The translations under genes were made by a program, and so were the position numbers. From contig CAWKBC010000034.1 of NCBI GenBank assembly GCA_963847705.1, positions 96,001 to 160,000 of the forward strand: a DNA stretch of 64,000 nt, written 5' to 3'. Position 1 is the first letter of the stretch. Each line of letters begins with the position of its first letter. Shown here in pieces: positions 9,192-21,383 of this stretch. The stretch is from an uncultured Pseudomonadota bacterium (GTDB taxonomy: Bacteria; Myxococcota_A; Polyangia; Fen-1088). The notes beneath the pieces are model-generated. The model was not told where the DNA came from and did not search any database. It was given only the letters and a program-made list of their open reading frames with translations.

Positions 9192-10229
9192 TCAGCGAAA
9201 AATCCGCTTCCAGTCGCTCTTCATGCTGATGACCGACCAGCCGTCCTTCTTCGCCTGGTCCATCAGCGATGGCGGAAAGGTCCCCACCTTCGTGTCGGGG
9301 AGCCCGCCGGCGGGGCCGTAGGCGTACTCGCGCCCGGCGTCATCGTGGAGGACGAGCATCATCAGGTGCGGCCCTTTGCCGGCGCCGGTCCACTGCAACA
9401 TCTCGGTGTCGCCGCTGGAGTTTCCGAACGCCACCAGAGGGCGCTTGCCGATGAAGAGGTTGATCCCGACCGCCTTGCCGCCGTTGTTGTCGATGAAGAA
9501 GGGCTTGGTCTCACGACGCAAAACCGGCGTGCCTCCGTTCGCGTCATATCTGGTCAGGAGGCTCGACCCGATCACCTGCTCGGTGGGAACTCCGTAGACC
9601 GCCCGGCTGTAGACACGGACGAACTCCTGCCCGCCGCCGGTGACGATGTACGTCTTGAATCCGTTGGCTCGCAGGAATTGCATCACCTCCAGCATGGGCT
9701 GGTAGACGAGCTCGGTGTAGTGGCGGTGAAAGCGCGGATGCTGCGCGGTGGCCAGCCAGTGCGAAACCTCGGCGAGGAATTCCTCGAGGGTCGTGTCGCC
9801 GTGGGTGGCGGCGACGAGCTTCTCCCAGTCCGACTCCGCCAGCTTGCCGAGCGCCTCCGTGTCGTCGGCCAGGACCGACCTGAACCGCTCGTCCTTCTTC
9901 CATTCCGGGTGCACCGCCACCAGCTCGTGAAGCCGGTCGAGCGCGAACACCGCCTGGGTGTAGAGCGGATGCTCGACCCAGAGGGTCCCGTCCTGATCGA
10001 AGGTCGCGATCCGATCCTCCACCGGCACGAAGTGCGCACCTTTCTTGTCGGTCGCCGTCTTGACCAGATCCAGAATCGCGCGCTTGGCGGGCCCGTCGTT
10101 CCACGAGGGGAGAGGCTCGGCCGCGCCGGAGGCTCGTCTCGCCCAGGCCGCGCCGATGATCCCGAGCAGAAGCAGACAGAGGAGGAGCGACCGCCCGCCC
10201 GAGCGGACAAAGAGCGTTGCCCTGGTCAT
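9192..10229 (-). CDS. Exported HAD-superfamily hydrolase (acid-phosphatase-like)
   Basis: Signal peptide, LPSWNDG, FDQDGTLWVE (motif I), AFGNSSGD. Confidence 0.88.
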   Translation of the reverse strand: MTRATLFVRSGGRSLLLCLLLLGIIGAAWARRASGAAEPLPSWNDGPAKRAILDLVKTATDKKGAHFVPVEDRIATFDQDGTLWVEHPLYTQAVFALDRLHELVAVHPEWKKDERFRSVLADDTEALGKLAESDWEKLVAATHGDTTLEEFLAEVSHWLATAQHPRFHRHYTELVYQPMLEVMQFLRANGFKTYIVTGGGQEFVRVYSRAVYGVPTEQVIGSSLLTRYDANGGTPVLRRETKPFFIDNNGGKAVGINLFIGKRPLVAFGNSSGDTEMLQWTGAGKGPHLMMLVLHDDAGREYAYGPAGGLPDTKVGTFPPSLMDQAKKDGWSVISMKSDWKRIFR

Positions 10230-10372
10230 AGGTGGCCAATGGCCATCCCAGGACCGACCGACAACCGCAACAATGCCCCATTCGATGCGGGGCGGAAGCG
10301 CCGCTTCGTTCGTCTCCTCGTTCGCCGATTTGGCGACGGCTTCGGTGATGGTGCAGGGGCTTCAGGCCGTCT

Positions 10373-11398
10373 TCAAGCCGTCTTGCGGACGATATCCGGC
10401 GCCGGCGCCGGCGTGTAACGCCGCTCGGGCGGCGGGAAACCGCACGACGAGCCGTCGACGTGGACGACCTCGTCCTCCCACGGAAGCCGGTAGCGGCCCG
10501 CCACCAGATCCTGCATGTACGTGTAGGGGCAGTCGCCCGCGCCGCCTTTCACGGCGACGTAGCCCCGATGCGCCAGCTGGTAAATGTTGTTCTCGACGCC
10601 CCAGCCGCGGCGCGCCTCCCGCACCAGATCGGGCCGCACCTCGGCGGTGATGATCTCGTCGGGGCGACCGCCGCCGGTCACCAGCGGTACGCCGTCGAAG
10701 TTCACGATCATCCCCTCGCCCATCGAGTCGAAGCTCCCGTCCGAGCCGCACAGGCAGACGGAGGCGGTCACGGCGAGGTTGGAGAACGCGTTCGCCTGGT
10801 TGGTGATCTGCCAGGTGTGTCGGATCGGCGCGGTGTAGCCCGCCGTGCGCAGGATGATCTCCGCCCCCTTGTAGGCGCACTCGCGCGCCATCTCCGGGAA
10901 CATGCCGTCGTGGCAGATGATGAGCCCGAGACGGCTGCCGTTGGGCCCGTCGCACACGGGGATGCCGAGATCGCCCGGCTCCCACGGCTCGACCGGCACC
11001 CAGGGATGCAGCTTGCGGTAGTAAAGGCGCAGCTCCCCTTGGTCGTCGAGGATGATGCCGGTGTTGAACGGATTGCCGGCCGGGTTGGCCTCCATCAGGG
11101 AGAAGCAGCCCCAGATCCGGTTGGCCCGACAGGCCGCCCGAAACGCGCTCACCTCCGGACCATCCATCCGGCACATGAGCGCCGGCTCGGTGCTCATCGA
11201 GAGCCCGTGCAGCGAATATTCGGGGAAGACCACCAGGTCCATCCCGGGGAGGTTGCGCCGCGCCTTGCCCACCATCTCGACGATCCGGCCGGTCTGCGCC
11301 GCCAGCTCCGACGGGGTGGTCACCGTGGGGAGCTGCAGCTGGACCATGCCGATCACCACCCCCGCGGGGGATTTGTTGAGCCCGCCGAGTCCGCTCAT
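10373..11398 (-). CDS. amiF: Formamidase (nitrilase superfamily)
   Basis: MSGLGGLNKS N-terminus; catalytic E (FPEY), K (YRKLHPW), C (IICHDG); GGAGG RBS. Confidence 0.9.
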   Translation of the reverse strand: MSGLGGLNKSPAGVVIGMVQLQLPTVTTPSELAAQTGRIVEMVGKARRNLPGMDLVVFPEYSLHGLSMSTEPALMCRMDGPEVSAFRAACRANRIWGCFSLMEANPAGNPFNTGIILDDQGELRLYYRKLHPWVPVEPWEPGDLGIPVCDGPNGSRLGLIICHDGMFPEMARECAYKGAEIILRTAGYTAPIRHTWQITNQANAFSNLAVTASVCLCGSDGSFDSMGEGMIVNFDGVPLVTGGGRPDEIITAEVRPDLVREARRGWGVENNIYQLAHRGYVAVKGGAGDCPYTYMQDLVAGRYRLPWEDEVVHVDGSSCGFPPPERRYTPAPAPDIVRKTA

Positions 11399-11588
11399 CT
11401 GAACCTCCTGTGGTTGACGGCGCTGGAGAACGCCACGCGCTGCCCTGAAATCCTGCCGAATCTTGGCCGCGGCGCTCATCCGGGCGGGTTTCGGAACGAA
11501 CGGTTCTTCGTAACATTCCGCCCGCCGCAGGCCCCGAAATGGTTTCCCGCAGGGACCGCGTGGCCTAAGGTACGCCCGCCCCAACACC

Positions 11589-13547
<1,959 letters not shown>

Positions 13548-13588
13548 CAACCTTCGGCGTCCATTCCACCCTGGAGCATTCTCACGAT

Positions 13589-13642
13589 GGCGGTGGAGTC
13601 CGCCGATAACCGCTGGCCCTCACGGCAGCCAATGACTCCTAC
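13589..13642 (+). ncRNA. Fluoride riboswitch (crcB motif)
   Basis: GGCGGTGGAGTCCGCC...AACCGC...GCCAATGACTCCTAC matches the fluoride aptamer consensus and lies directly upstream of a CLC-F gene. Confidence 0.92.
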
Positions 13643-13717
13643 GATTGCACCACACATGGTGCCGTAGGACTTCGCCCCTCGAATCCCTCCGGCGCCGAAA
13701 CAGGAGGTCGATTCAGG

Positions 13718-14977
13718 ATGATTCCGACGCAGCAGCTGCGCACATTCGGGCAATGGACGGCGCTGGGCACCTTCGTCGGTGTCGCGTGCGGACTGGCCTC
13801 GGCCGCGTTCCTCGCTCTGCTCGAGCTGGTCACGAACTTCCGCGGCACCCACGAATGGATCGTCTATGCCCTACCCCTGGCGGGGCTCGGCATCGGCGCG
13901 ATCTACGAGCGCTGGGGGAGCGCGATCAAGGGGGGGAACAACCTGATCATCGACACGCTCCACGACGACGCCCCCCAGATCCCTCTGCGGATGGCGCCGA
14001 TGGTGCTCATCGGGACCGTGCTCACCCACCTCTTTGGCGGCAGCGCGGGCCGGGAAGGGACCGCGGTGCAGATGGGCGCCAGCATCGCGGACGCGATCGC
14101 CCACGATTTTCGGGTCGGGCGCGATCTGCGACGGATCGTGATCGCCGCCGGCATCGCGGGCGGCTTCGCCTCGGTGTTCGGGACCCCGATCGCCGGTCTC
14201 ATCTTCGGCCTGGAGGTGGTCTGCATCGGGCGCATCGAGTACGACGCGCTCATTCCCGCGCTCGTCGCCGCCGTCGTGGGCGATCGGGTGACGCGCGCGC
14301 TCGGCATCGTGCACACCGCCTACCCGACCGCGCGGGCGATCCCCTTTTCTGTCGGGCTCGGCGGCAAGCTGGTGGTCATCGGCGGCGCGATGGCGCTGGC
14401 GACGATCGCCTTCATCGAGTTGACCCACTTCATCAAGGCGCACATGGAGCGCCAGGTGCCGCGGCTGCCTTTCCGGATGTTCCTCGGTGGGGCCGCCATC
14501 GTGGCTCTGTGGCGGCTCGTCGGCAGCAGCGACTACCTGGGACTGGGCGTCCCCACGATCCTGCGCGCTTTCAGCGATCCGCACCTTCCGGTCTATTCGT
14601 TCGCCGCCAAGATCGTCTTCACGGCGGTGACGCTGGGCTGCGGCTTTCTCGGCGGTGAGGTCACGCCCCTCTTCTTCATCGGCGCCACGCTCGGCAACGT
14701 CCTGGCCCGTCTGGTGGGGATTCCGATCGAGCTCGGTGCGGCGGTCGGCCTGGCGGCGGTCTTCGGCGCCGCCGCCAACACCCCCCTGGCGCTCTCCATC
14801 ATGATCGTCGAGCTCATGGGGGGCGCGTTCCTGCCCTACGTCGTCATCGTGACGGTCGTGGCGTATCTGCTCTCCGGCCACCGGGGGATCTATCCGGCGC
14901 AGCGGCTGCTCCGGAAGAAACATGGACCGGCCCTGGAAAAGGCGATCCCGTTGCGCGACTACCGCGGTCGTCCTTGA
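13718..14977 (+). CDS. eriC: CLC-F fluoride/proton antiporter
   Basis: CLC-F signatures GNNLI, GREGT, GEVTP; riboswitch upstream. Confidence 0.92.
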   Translation: MIPTQQLRTFGQWTALGTFVGVACGLASAAFLALLELVTNFRGTHEWIVYALPLAGLGIGAIYERWGSAIKGGNNLIIDTLHDDAPQIPLRMAPMVLIGTVLTHLFGGSAGREGTAVQMGASIADAIAHDFRVGRDLRRIVIAAGIAGGFASVFGTPIAGLIFGLEVVCIGRIEYDALIPALVAAVVGDRVTRALGIVHTAYPTARAIPFSVGLGGKLVVIGGAMALATIAFIELTHFIKAHMERQVPRLPFRMFLGGAAIVALWRLVGSSDYLGLGVPTILRAFSDPHLPVYSFAAKIVFTAVTLGCGFLGGEVTPLFFIGATLGNVLARLVGIPIELGAAVGLAAVFGAAANTPLALSIMIVELMGGAFLPYVVIVTVVAYLLSGHRGIYPAQRLLRKKHGPALEKAIPLRDYRGRP

Positions 14978-14987
14978 GCAACCCGGT

Positions 14988-16067
14988 TCAATTCCCGGCC
15001 AGCGCGGCGGCGATTCCGGCCGCCATCGGCTTGGCGGCGTACGCCTCGTCGAACGGGAGCGGACGATGCGGCCCTCGCCCGAACAGCCGGGCCCAGCGCG
15101 GCGCGTTCAGCCACGAATAGCGATCGGTGAAGCCCCAGAACGTGACGCCGGAGCAGCCGGAGACCGCCACGCAGGCCGCCACGATGTCGTGGGTGAGACG
15201 CTCCTGCTGCGCGAGCTTCTGGGCCAGCTCACCGTGCATCTCGCCGACGGGGACGTCCATCTCCGTGATCTCGACGGCCAGACCGAGCGCCGCGAACCGT
15301 TCCATGGTCCGCCGGATGACGTCAGCGGCCGGCCAGTGCCTCGCGTCGACGTGCATCTGAAACCCGACGCCACCGAGCGGGACGCCCGCCCCCCTCAGAC
15401 GCCGCGCCATCTGGTAGACCGCCTCCGTCTTGGCCGTCCCGAGGTCCTCCAGCTCGTAGTCGTTGTAGAAGAGCTGGGCGGCCGGATCGGCTTCGTGCGC
15501 CGCCCGAAAGGCGTCATCGAGGAACGTCGGGCCGAGCGCCGTGAACGGTGAATCTCTGCGAAGCCCGCCGCCCGGTCCGTCGGCGAAGGCTTCGTTCACC
15601 ACGTCCCACTGACTGATCCTTCCTCTCCAGTGCGACACCTCGCCGGTGACGTGCCGGAGCATCGCGGCGCGCAGCGCCTCGCCGGAGAGACCGGCGACCC
15701 AGGGCGCGAGCTGCTGATGCCAGACCAGCGTGTGGCCCCGAACCCGCATCCCGTTCTGCTCGGCGAACGCGACCAGCGCGTCGCCGGCGCCAAAAGCGAA
15801 CTGTCCGGGGCTCGGCTCCACGTTCACCCACTTCATGTCGTTTTCGGGAGTCACCGAGTTGAAGTTCGCGGCCAAGACCTGGGCGAACGCCGGCTCTCGA
15901 AGACGCCGTGCCTCCACGGCCGCGCCGACGTGGCGCGCACCAGCGACGCTGCGAAGCGGAGGGACGGCCACCGCGGGCGCCTCGTCTGTTGAAGGTTGCG
16001 CCTGACCGGAAGGCCCCCGGGCGGGGAGAACGCAACTGGCGGCGCCGAGACAGAGGAACGGGATCAT
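14988..16067 (-). CDS. GH10 endo-1,4-beta-xylanase, probable lipoprotein
   Basis: TPENDMKW, RGHTLVWH, WDVVNE (acid/base), EITEMDV (nucleophile); N-terminal GAASC. Confidence 0.92.
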   Translation of the reverse strand: MIPFLCLGAASCVLPARGPSGQAQPSTDEAPAVAVPPLRSVAGARHVGAAVEARRLREPAFAQVLAANFNSVTPENDMKWVNVEPSPGQFAFGAGDALVAFAEQNGMRVRGHTLVWHQQLAPWVAGLSGEALRAAMLRHVTGEVSHWRGRISQWDVVNEAFADGPGGGLRRDSPFTALGPTFLDDAFRAAHEADPAAQLFYNDYELEDLGTAKTEAVYQMARRLRGAGVPLGGVGFQMHVDARHWPAADVIRRTMERFAALGLAVEITEMDVPVGEMHGELAQKLAQQERLTHDIVAACVAVSGCSGVTFWGFTDRYSWLNAPRWARLFGRGPHRPLPFDEAYAAKPMAAGIAAALAGN

Positions 16068-16126
16068 GCTCCGGCCGGTGCGCCCAGCGCGTGAAGCGCG
16101 CGCGCCCGCACCCTGGGCCGCTCCCC

Positions 16127-17011
16127 TCACGGTCCCCCGTCGGGATGGAACGCCCCCGAGGGGAGCAGCGCCCCGCACGCGAGCTGAGCGATCTCGTCCG
16201 CGCTGAGCGCCCGTCGGTACAGCATGACCTCGTCGAGCTGGCCAGGGACGAACTCCGAGATGACAGGAGGGCCACCGTTGCCGTTGCCGGACAGAATGAC
16301 CGGGTTGGTTTCGCTGGCGAAGGGCCCGGTGACCGCTTGGTTGTTCACCTCGACCCCGTTGACGTAAAGGCGGATCTGGCTGCCGTCGTAGGTCCCAGCG
16401 AGATGGACCCAGGTTTGCTGCGGGAAGGTCGGCGGTCCGCCGATGACCTGCTGCCCGGCCGTGGTGGTGGTGATGAACAGGATCGCTTGTTGCTGGTCGT
16501 TGACCGACAGGTGGTAGTGCTGCCCGTAGCCAGTTCCGATCTGGCGGGAGATCGCCGTCGCGTAGGTGTTGGGCATGACCGGGGCTGTCAGAAACATCCA
16601 GGCCGCAACCGTGACCTGGTCGGTGACCGAATCGATCGAGGTGGAGTCCGGGACGTTGACGTACCCGTTGTCCTGCACCGACAGCGAGCCACCTTCCGGT
16701 CCGTCCGCGACCCACACCGTGGCCGCATCGAGCCCGACGAGCGTGCCGTTGTTGCCATGTCCGGAAGAGTCGCGGGCGGTGGCGCTGCCCGGGGCATCGT
16801 TGAGATGCCAGTCGCCGATCAGATCGTCCGACAGTCCCGTCGTGCTGGCGGTCGCACCGCCCTCCCCGCAGGATGGGTCGACGGCGACGATGGTCCGCCC
16901 CGAACAACCAGCACCGACCAGCGTCGAGGCCGAGAGGGCCAGGACGGCGATCGTGGCGGCCAGCTGGCCGTGTCCCGGAAGAGAGCTAGAACCTCGCAAG
17001 CAGCCCTCCAT
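16127..17011 (-). CDS. LamG/concanavalin A-like domain lipoprotein
   Basis: DSSGHGNNGTL, WVHLAGTYDG, LYVNG, GQLDEVMLYRRALS; lipobox GAGC; start uncertain. Confidence 0.85.
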   Translation of the reverse strand: MEGCLRGSSSLPGHGQLAATIAVLALSASTLVGAGCSGRTIVAVDPSCGEGGATASTTGLSDDLIGDWHLNDAPGSATARDSSGHGNNGTLVGLDAATVWVADGPEGGSLSVQDNGYVNVPDSTSIDSVTDQVTVAAWMFLTAPVMPNTYATAISRQIGTGYGQHYHLSVNDQQQAILFITTTTAGQQVIGGPPTFPQQTWVHLAGTYDGSQIRLYVNGVEVNNQAVTGPFASETNPVILSGNGNGGPPVISEFVPGQLDEVMLYRRALSADEIAQLACGALLPSGAFHPDGGP

Positions 17012-18068
17012 GCGCGAAGACGGCCGCGCCGTCGAGGTGGGCTGCCTGCGCGGATCCGACCTCGACCGTCACCGACGGCCAGAACAGGAGCGCCTCGACC
17101 TCGACGACCACCGAGAGCTGTGGGGCCAGCGCGACCGCCAACCCACCGCTCGCCGTGACCAGCCCTGAAAACACCCGCCCTTGGTGGTCCTTGGCCGCGT
17201 CTGCGCTGCTCCCTTTCGCCCCCACATCCTGCCAGCCGGCACCGACAGCCACCACCGGTTGGAGCGTCCGAGCGGACCGAAAGAAGCGGACCAGCTCCAA
17301 GGTCATCAGGAAGCGATCGATCTGGGCGGAGCCATCCGCACGGGTGACATCGGCAGCAGGCCCAAGGCCGTCCAGGGCGAGACGCACGCCGATCGCCGAC
17401 GGTCGCCCCAGCGAGAGCGCGACGCGCGGGACCACGAACAGCGGAGCGTCACCGAAATCTTGCAGCGCGCCCACCCCGACCTCGACGGCGATGCGGGGCG
17501 CTCTCGGTGCCGGCGCGGGCGCGGGCACCTCGGCCACCATCGGCGGCGCCGGAGGAGCGACCGTGGGTTTGGTTTCGACGACCCTCGGGACCACCGGCTT
17601 GGCCTCGACCGGTGGCCTCTCGGGCGGGGCCTGCTCCGGGATGGCCAGCAGGTCGATCTGGATGGCCGTTGCCAGCGCCATCGCACGGGCCATGTCGGCG
17701 CAGCTCTCGTTTCGCGAGGAGAACGTCCGCTCCCCTTCCCACTGATCGCTCGCGTCGCGCCATTCGACGCGCCCCCCCATCCTCGCGCCCGTGGGATAGA
17801 GGCGAACCAGCATCCGGCGCGGGGCGTTGTCCCGAAATGGATCGTGTCCGAGCTGGCGCACGATCGCCTTGCGAAAGTCGGCGGCGCTGGGACAGCCAGG
17901 GAGCGCCGGGTCGGTCTGGTAGTCGAGCGACACGAGCAATTCGGCACGGGCGCTCCTGGGGCTCGCGACAAGGACGATGGCGAGGGCCAGGGCAGCCGCG
18001 TACGCGCGCAGTCGAAGCGGCGTCGCTTCCACGGTGGTCTCAGGATACGATGACTCGGCGCGAAACAT
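16986..18068 (-). CDS. Secreted hypothetical protein with Cys-pair N-domain, Pro-rich linker and probable beta-barrel C-terminus
   Basis: Signal peptide (..SARA), GCPS...SC pair, Pro-rich linker, amphipathic strands ending in terminal RF. Confidence 0.7.
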   Translation of the reverse strand: MFRAESSYPETTVEATPLRLRAYAAALALAIVLVASPRSARAELLVSLDYQTDPALPGCPSAADFRKAIVRQLGHDPFRDNAPRRMLVRLYPTGARMGGRVEWRDASDQWEGERTFSSRNESCADMARAMALATAIQIDLLAIPEQAPPERPPVEAKPVVPRVVETKPTVAPPAPPMVAEVPAPAPAPRAPRIAVEVGVGALQDFGDAPLFVVPRVALSLGRPSAIGVRLALDGLGPAADVTRADGSAQIDRFLMTLELVRFFRSARTLQPVVAVGAGWQDVGAKGSSADAAKDHQGRVFSGLVTASGGLAVALAPQLSVVVEVEALLFWPSVTVEVGSAQAAHLDGAAVFAHGGLLARF

Positions 18069-18270
18069 CCATCGTCACCGGCTGCGCCCGGCGAAAAGCG
18101 ATCTCGGCCATGCTTTTTTCCTGACAAGAATGGCCCTGCCGCAACAAGCCGCGCGCCGGGCGACCGCCGACCATCGTGAGGGCCGTGACGGCGGCATTTT
18201 GATCGCAAATGTGCTCCCCACGCTGAAGGTCCCGTCCAGCGCCCCCCATTTCTCTCCTGCGAGGCCCCGC

Positions 18271-19407
18271 ATGAAAACAACCCACCGATCCACCCGTCTC
18301 CTAGGTGTCCTTCTCACGTCGGCCGTTCTGGCGTCGGCGTGCGCCAACTCCGAGACCGGCGGGGACGACGGCACCGGCGGCGCCCCGGCGACCGGCGGCA
18401 GCGGCACCGGCGGCCAGAGCGCAACCGGTGGGGTGACGGGCACCGGCGGCGTGCACAGCACCGGTGGGAACACGGGCACTGGCGGGACGGCGACGGGCGG
18501 GGTCGTGGGGACCGGCGGCAACGGCACCGGCGGCAGCGCGACTGGCGGCAACGGCACTGGCGGCGCGGGGACTGGCGGCAACGGCACCGGTGGCATGGCG
18601 GGCGCCGGGGCCAGCGGTGCGGGCGGCCTGGCCGGTGGCAAGGGGACTGGCGGCAGCGGCAGCGGCACCGGCGGCGCGGCGGGCGCCAAGGGCACGGCCG
18701 GCTCGGCCGGCGGCAGCTCGGGGAGCTACGACCCCTGTCCGACGAACGGCGATCCCTGCAAGGTCCTGCCGCTCGGCGACTCGATCACCTATGGGCTCAT
18801 CACCGTGGCGGCCGACCAGGCGTCGTCCGATCCCAGCGTGAACGGCAAGGACTCGCACGGGGGTTACCGGGTCAAGCTGTTCAGCGACGCGGTGGGCGCC
18901 AGCCACAAGATGACGTTCGTCGGGTCCCAGATGAACGGGCCCACCATGGACGCAGGCATGCCGTTCCCCATGAGTCACGAGGGCTGGAGCGGCTACACCA
19001 TCGCCCAGATCCAGGGGAAGGCGGCCAACGACCTGACGTCCGGAGCCAACATCATCCTGGTGCACGCGGGCACCAACGACACTTACGGGAGCGATCCCTC
19101 CGGCGCGCCGGCGCGCCTCTCGACGCTGGTCGACTACCTGACCACCAATTACCCGAATGCGCTGATCGTCGTCGCCAAGATCATTCCCTATCCCTCGCAG
19201 GCGGCCAACACGAACCTGATCAACAACAGCGTCGCGGCCATGGTGGCGTCGAAGGTCACCGCCGGCAAGCACGTCATCGTGGCCGACCTGAACACCGGCT
19301 TCACCACGTCGACCATGCTGGCCGGGGACGGCGTCCACCCGAACCAGAAGGGCTACGACTGGATGGGCGACACCTGGTACGCCGCGATCAGCGGCTACCT
19401 CCCCTGA
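18271..19407 (+). CDS. SGNH/GDSL esterase (CE3-like) lipoprotein with TGG-repeat linker
   Basis: Lipobox ASAC; LGDSIT, AGTND, DGVHPN blocks. Confidence 0.88.
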   Translation: MKTTHRSTRLLGVLLTSAVLASACANSETGGDDGTGGAPATGGSGTGGQSATGGVTGTGGVHSTGGNTGTGGTATGGVVGTGGNGTGGSATGGNGTGGAGTGGNGTGGMAGAGASGAGGLAGGKGTGGSGSGTGGAAGAKGTAGSAGGSSGSYDPCPTNGDPCKVLPLGDSITYGLITVAADQASSDPSVNGKDSHGGYRVKLFSDAVGASHKMTFVGSQMNGPTMDAGMPFPMSHEGWSGYTIAQIQGKAANDLTSGANIILVHAGTNDTYGSDPSGAPARLSTLVDYLTTNYPNALIVVAKIIPYPSQAANTNLINNSVAAMVASKVTAGKHVIVADLNTGFTTSTMLAGDGVHPNQKGYDWMGDTWYAAISGYLP

Positions 19408-19434
19408 TCGCCAATCGGTCGACGCGACCAACCC

Positions 19435-20442
19435 TCAACGGCCGAGCACGGCCTTGATGCGATCGATCGACCAGAACGCGGCGAGGCTGCCCATCGCGTA
19501 GATGAGGCCGGGGCGCATCCAGCGGCGCGCCACCCGGAGGCGCCTCGCCAGCCAGCGGAGGCCGACCACGACGGCGATGATGGCCAGCTGGCCCAGCTCG
19601 ACGCCGAGGTTGAAGCAGAGGAGCGCCGTCGGGACGTGTTGCTCGGGCACGCCGAGCTCGAGCAGCGCGGACGCGAAGCCGAGCCCGTGCAAGAGGCCGA
19701 AGGCGAAGGCGACCGCCCAGGGTGCCCGCCGGGTGAGCGAGTCCGCCGGGCGCAGGCACTCGCCGCAGACGAGGACGATGGAGAGAGCGATCGACGCCTC
19801 GACGGGCGGCGACGGGACGCGCACCAGGCCGAGCACCGTGAGCGCCAGGCTGACGCTGTGGGCGAGCGTGAACGCGGTGATGGTGGCCAGGAGCTGCCGC
19901 CCGCGCCGCACCAGCAGCGTGAGCGCGACGACGAAGAGGAGGTGATCGAACCCGGTCAGGATGTGCTCGATGCCGAGGCTGGTGTAGTCGACAATGATTG
20001 GAGCCAGAGCCCACAGGCCGGTCGCCGGAACGCCATAGACCCGCACGCTCGGGGAGCCGGGGCTGGCGACGCGCAGCAGGCGCGTCCCGTTCAGCCATTC
20101 GACGTCGACCATCACGCGGGTCGTGGTCCCCTCGATCCAGGGAAACGCCAGGGTCCCCACCAGGCCCGACGGTCCGCACGCCAGGCGCTCCCCCTCGAGC
20201 CGACAGGGGTCGGGAAAGACCGCGGCGCTCCGGAGATCGTTCTGCATCGTGGGGGAGCTCGCCTGCCAGCGCACGAAAAAGCTCCCGCCGCCGATCTCCT
20301 TCAAAGACAGCGACGCGGAATCGAGCTGGTGGCCGCGCGCGACGCCCGGGGCCAGCGCCCAACCCGCGCACAGGACGATGGCCAGGAGCCGTGCCGGCGC
20401 CGGGCGCACGGGCGTCCGCGTTCCTGTCATCGTCCTCGTCAT
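19435..20442 (-). CDS. HupE/UreJ family membrane protein (HupE_UreJ_2 type)
   Basis: GIEHILTGFDHLLF, AFTLAHSVSL, FGLLHGLGFA, FNLGVELGQ. Confidence 0.9.
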   Translation of the reverse strand: MTRTMTGTRTPVRPAPARLLAIVLCAGWALAPGVARGHQLDSASLSLKEIGGGSFFVRWQASSPTMQNDLRSAAVFPDPCRLEGERLACGPSGLVGTLAFPWIEGTTTRVMVDVEWLNGTRLLRVASPGSPSVRVYGVPATGLWALAPIIVDYTSLGIEHILTGFDHLLFVVALTLLVRRGRQLLATITAFTLAHSVSLALTVLGLVRVPSPPVEASIALSIVLVCGECLRPADSLTRRAPWAVAFAFGLLHGLGFASALLELGVPEQHVPTALLCFNLGVELGQLAIIAVVVGLRWLARRLRVARRWMRPGLIYAMGSLAAFWSIDRIKAVLGR

Positions 20443-21284
20443 CGGGCTTCCGGGCGCTCCTCGACGCGGTAGCGATCGACGATCGCCTGCACCGCCTGAT
20501 CGGTCGCCTGCTTGCGCTCGGCGTACAGCCAATCGGCGAGCAGGCGTTTGTGCAGCTCGTCCGCGCTCGGCAAGCCCCCCTCGACCGCATTCACCCAGAC
20601 GAGCAGCAGATCCTTCTCGGTCTGGAATTCTTGCCGCTGTCCGAGGGGGAGGCTCTGAATCCGCGTTGCCAGGTCCGGCCCCAGGCGCTCGGCCAGCTCC
20701 CCGGCGGTCAGGTTGCCGCCCACGATGGGGCGCCCCAGCGTCCGCGGATCGGCGCCCGCCTTCAACGCCTGCTCGTACTTTTCGCGCTCGGCCGAGGCGG
20801 CGCGGTCCGTCTTGGCGAAGGCGACGGTGCCGTAGTCGTAGCGGCGCGGCGTCTCGTACAGGTTCCGGTGGGTGGCGAACCAGGCCTCGAGCTCCGCCTC
20901 CGTCGGTTGGCGCCTGGGGATCGCTTGCGCTTCCCGCGTCCTCACGCTGTCGGCGAGGTACTTGCGAATCGTCGCATCGTTTCGATCCAGGTGGTCGCGC
21001 AGGGCCTCCCGGTAGAGCGCCTCGTCGCGTTCCCACCCGCTCAGCTCTCCCTCGAGCTCGGAGGGGCTGGGTGGGCGTCCGTGGCCGTCGCGAAAGCGCC
21101 GCTCGACCTCCGCCTTCACCCCGGGTGTGACGACGATGACCCGCGGATCTCCCACGATCAGCCGGTGGGCCACGAACAGCAGCGCACCCACCAGGAAGAA
21201 ATGCCCGATCGGCTCGCTCAGGAGGCGCGTCGCCTGCCGTTTCCAGGCGCTCGGAGGGGGACTCACCATCGTCTCGCCGGTCAA
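20439..21284 (-). CDS. PpiC/rotamase-like chaperone partner of HupE/UreJ
   Basis: LSEPIGHFFLVGALLF, EALYREAL..LDRNDATIR; ATGA overlap with the HupE gene. Confidence 0.8.
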   Translation of the reverse strand: MTGETMVSPPPSAWKRQATRLLSEPIGHFFLVGALLFVAHRLIVGDPRVIVVTPGVKAEVERRFRDGHGRPPSPSELEGELSGWERDEALYREALRDHLDRNDATIRKYLADSVRTREAQAIPRRQPTEAELEAWFATHRNLYETPRRYDYGTVAFAKTDRAASAEREKYEQALKAGADPRTLGRPIVGGNLTAGELAERLGPDLATRIQSLPLGQRQEFQTEKDLLLVWVNAVEGGLPSADELHKRLLADWLYAERKQATDQAVQAIVDRYRVEERPEAR

Positions 21285-21383
21285 CGCCGACGGCGCATTG
21301 TATGCCCCGGACGTTGCGGCGTGTCGGCCGAGATGGTCAACCGGGACCGCGTCGAGGCGGGCGCGCCCGCTTCACCCGCGGGG

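Noticed and set aside
18192-18207. GG-N10-GC sigma54-like motif upstream of the SGNH esterase
   Set aside because: The match to TGGCAC-N5-TTGC is weak and could be chance.
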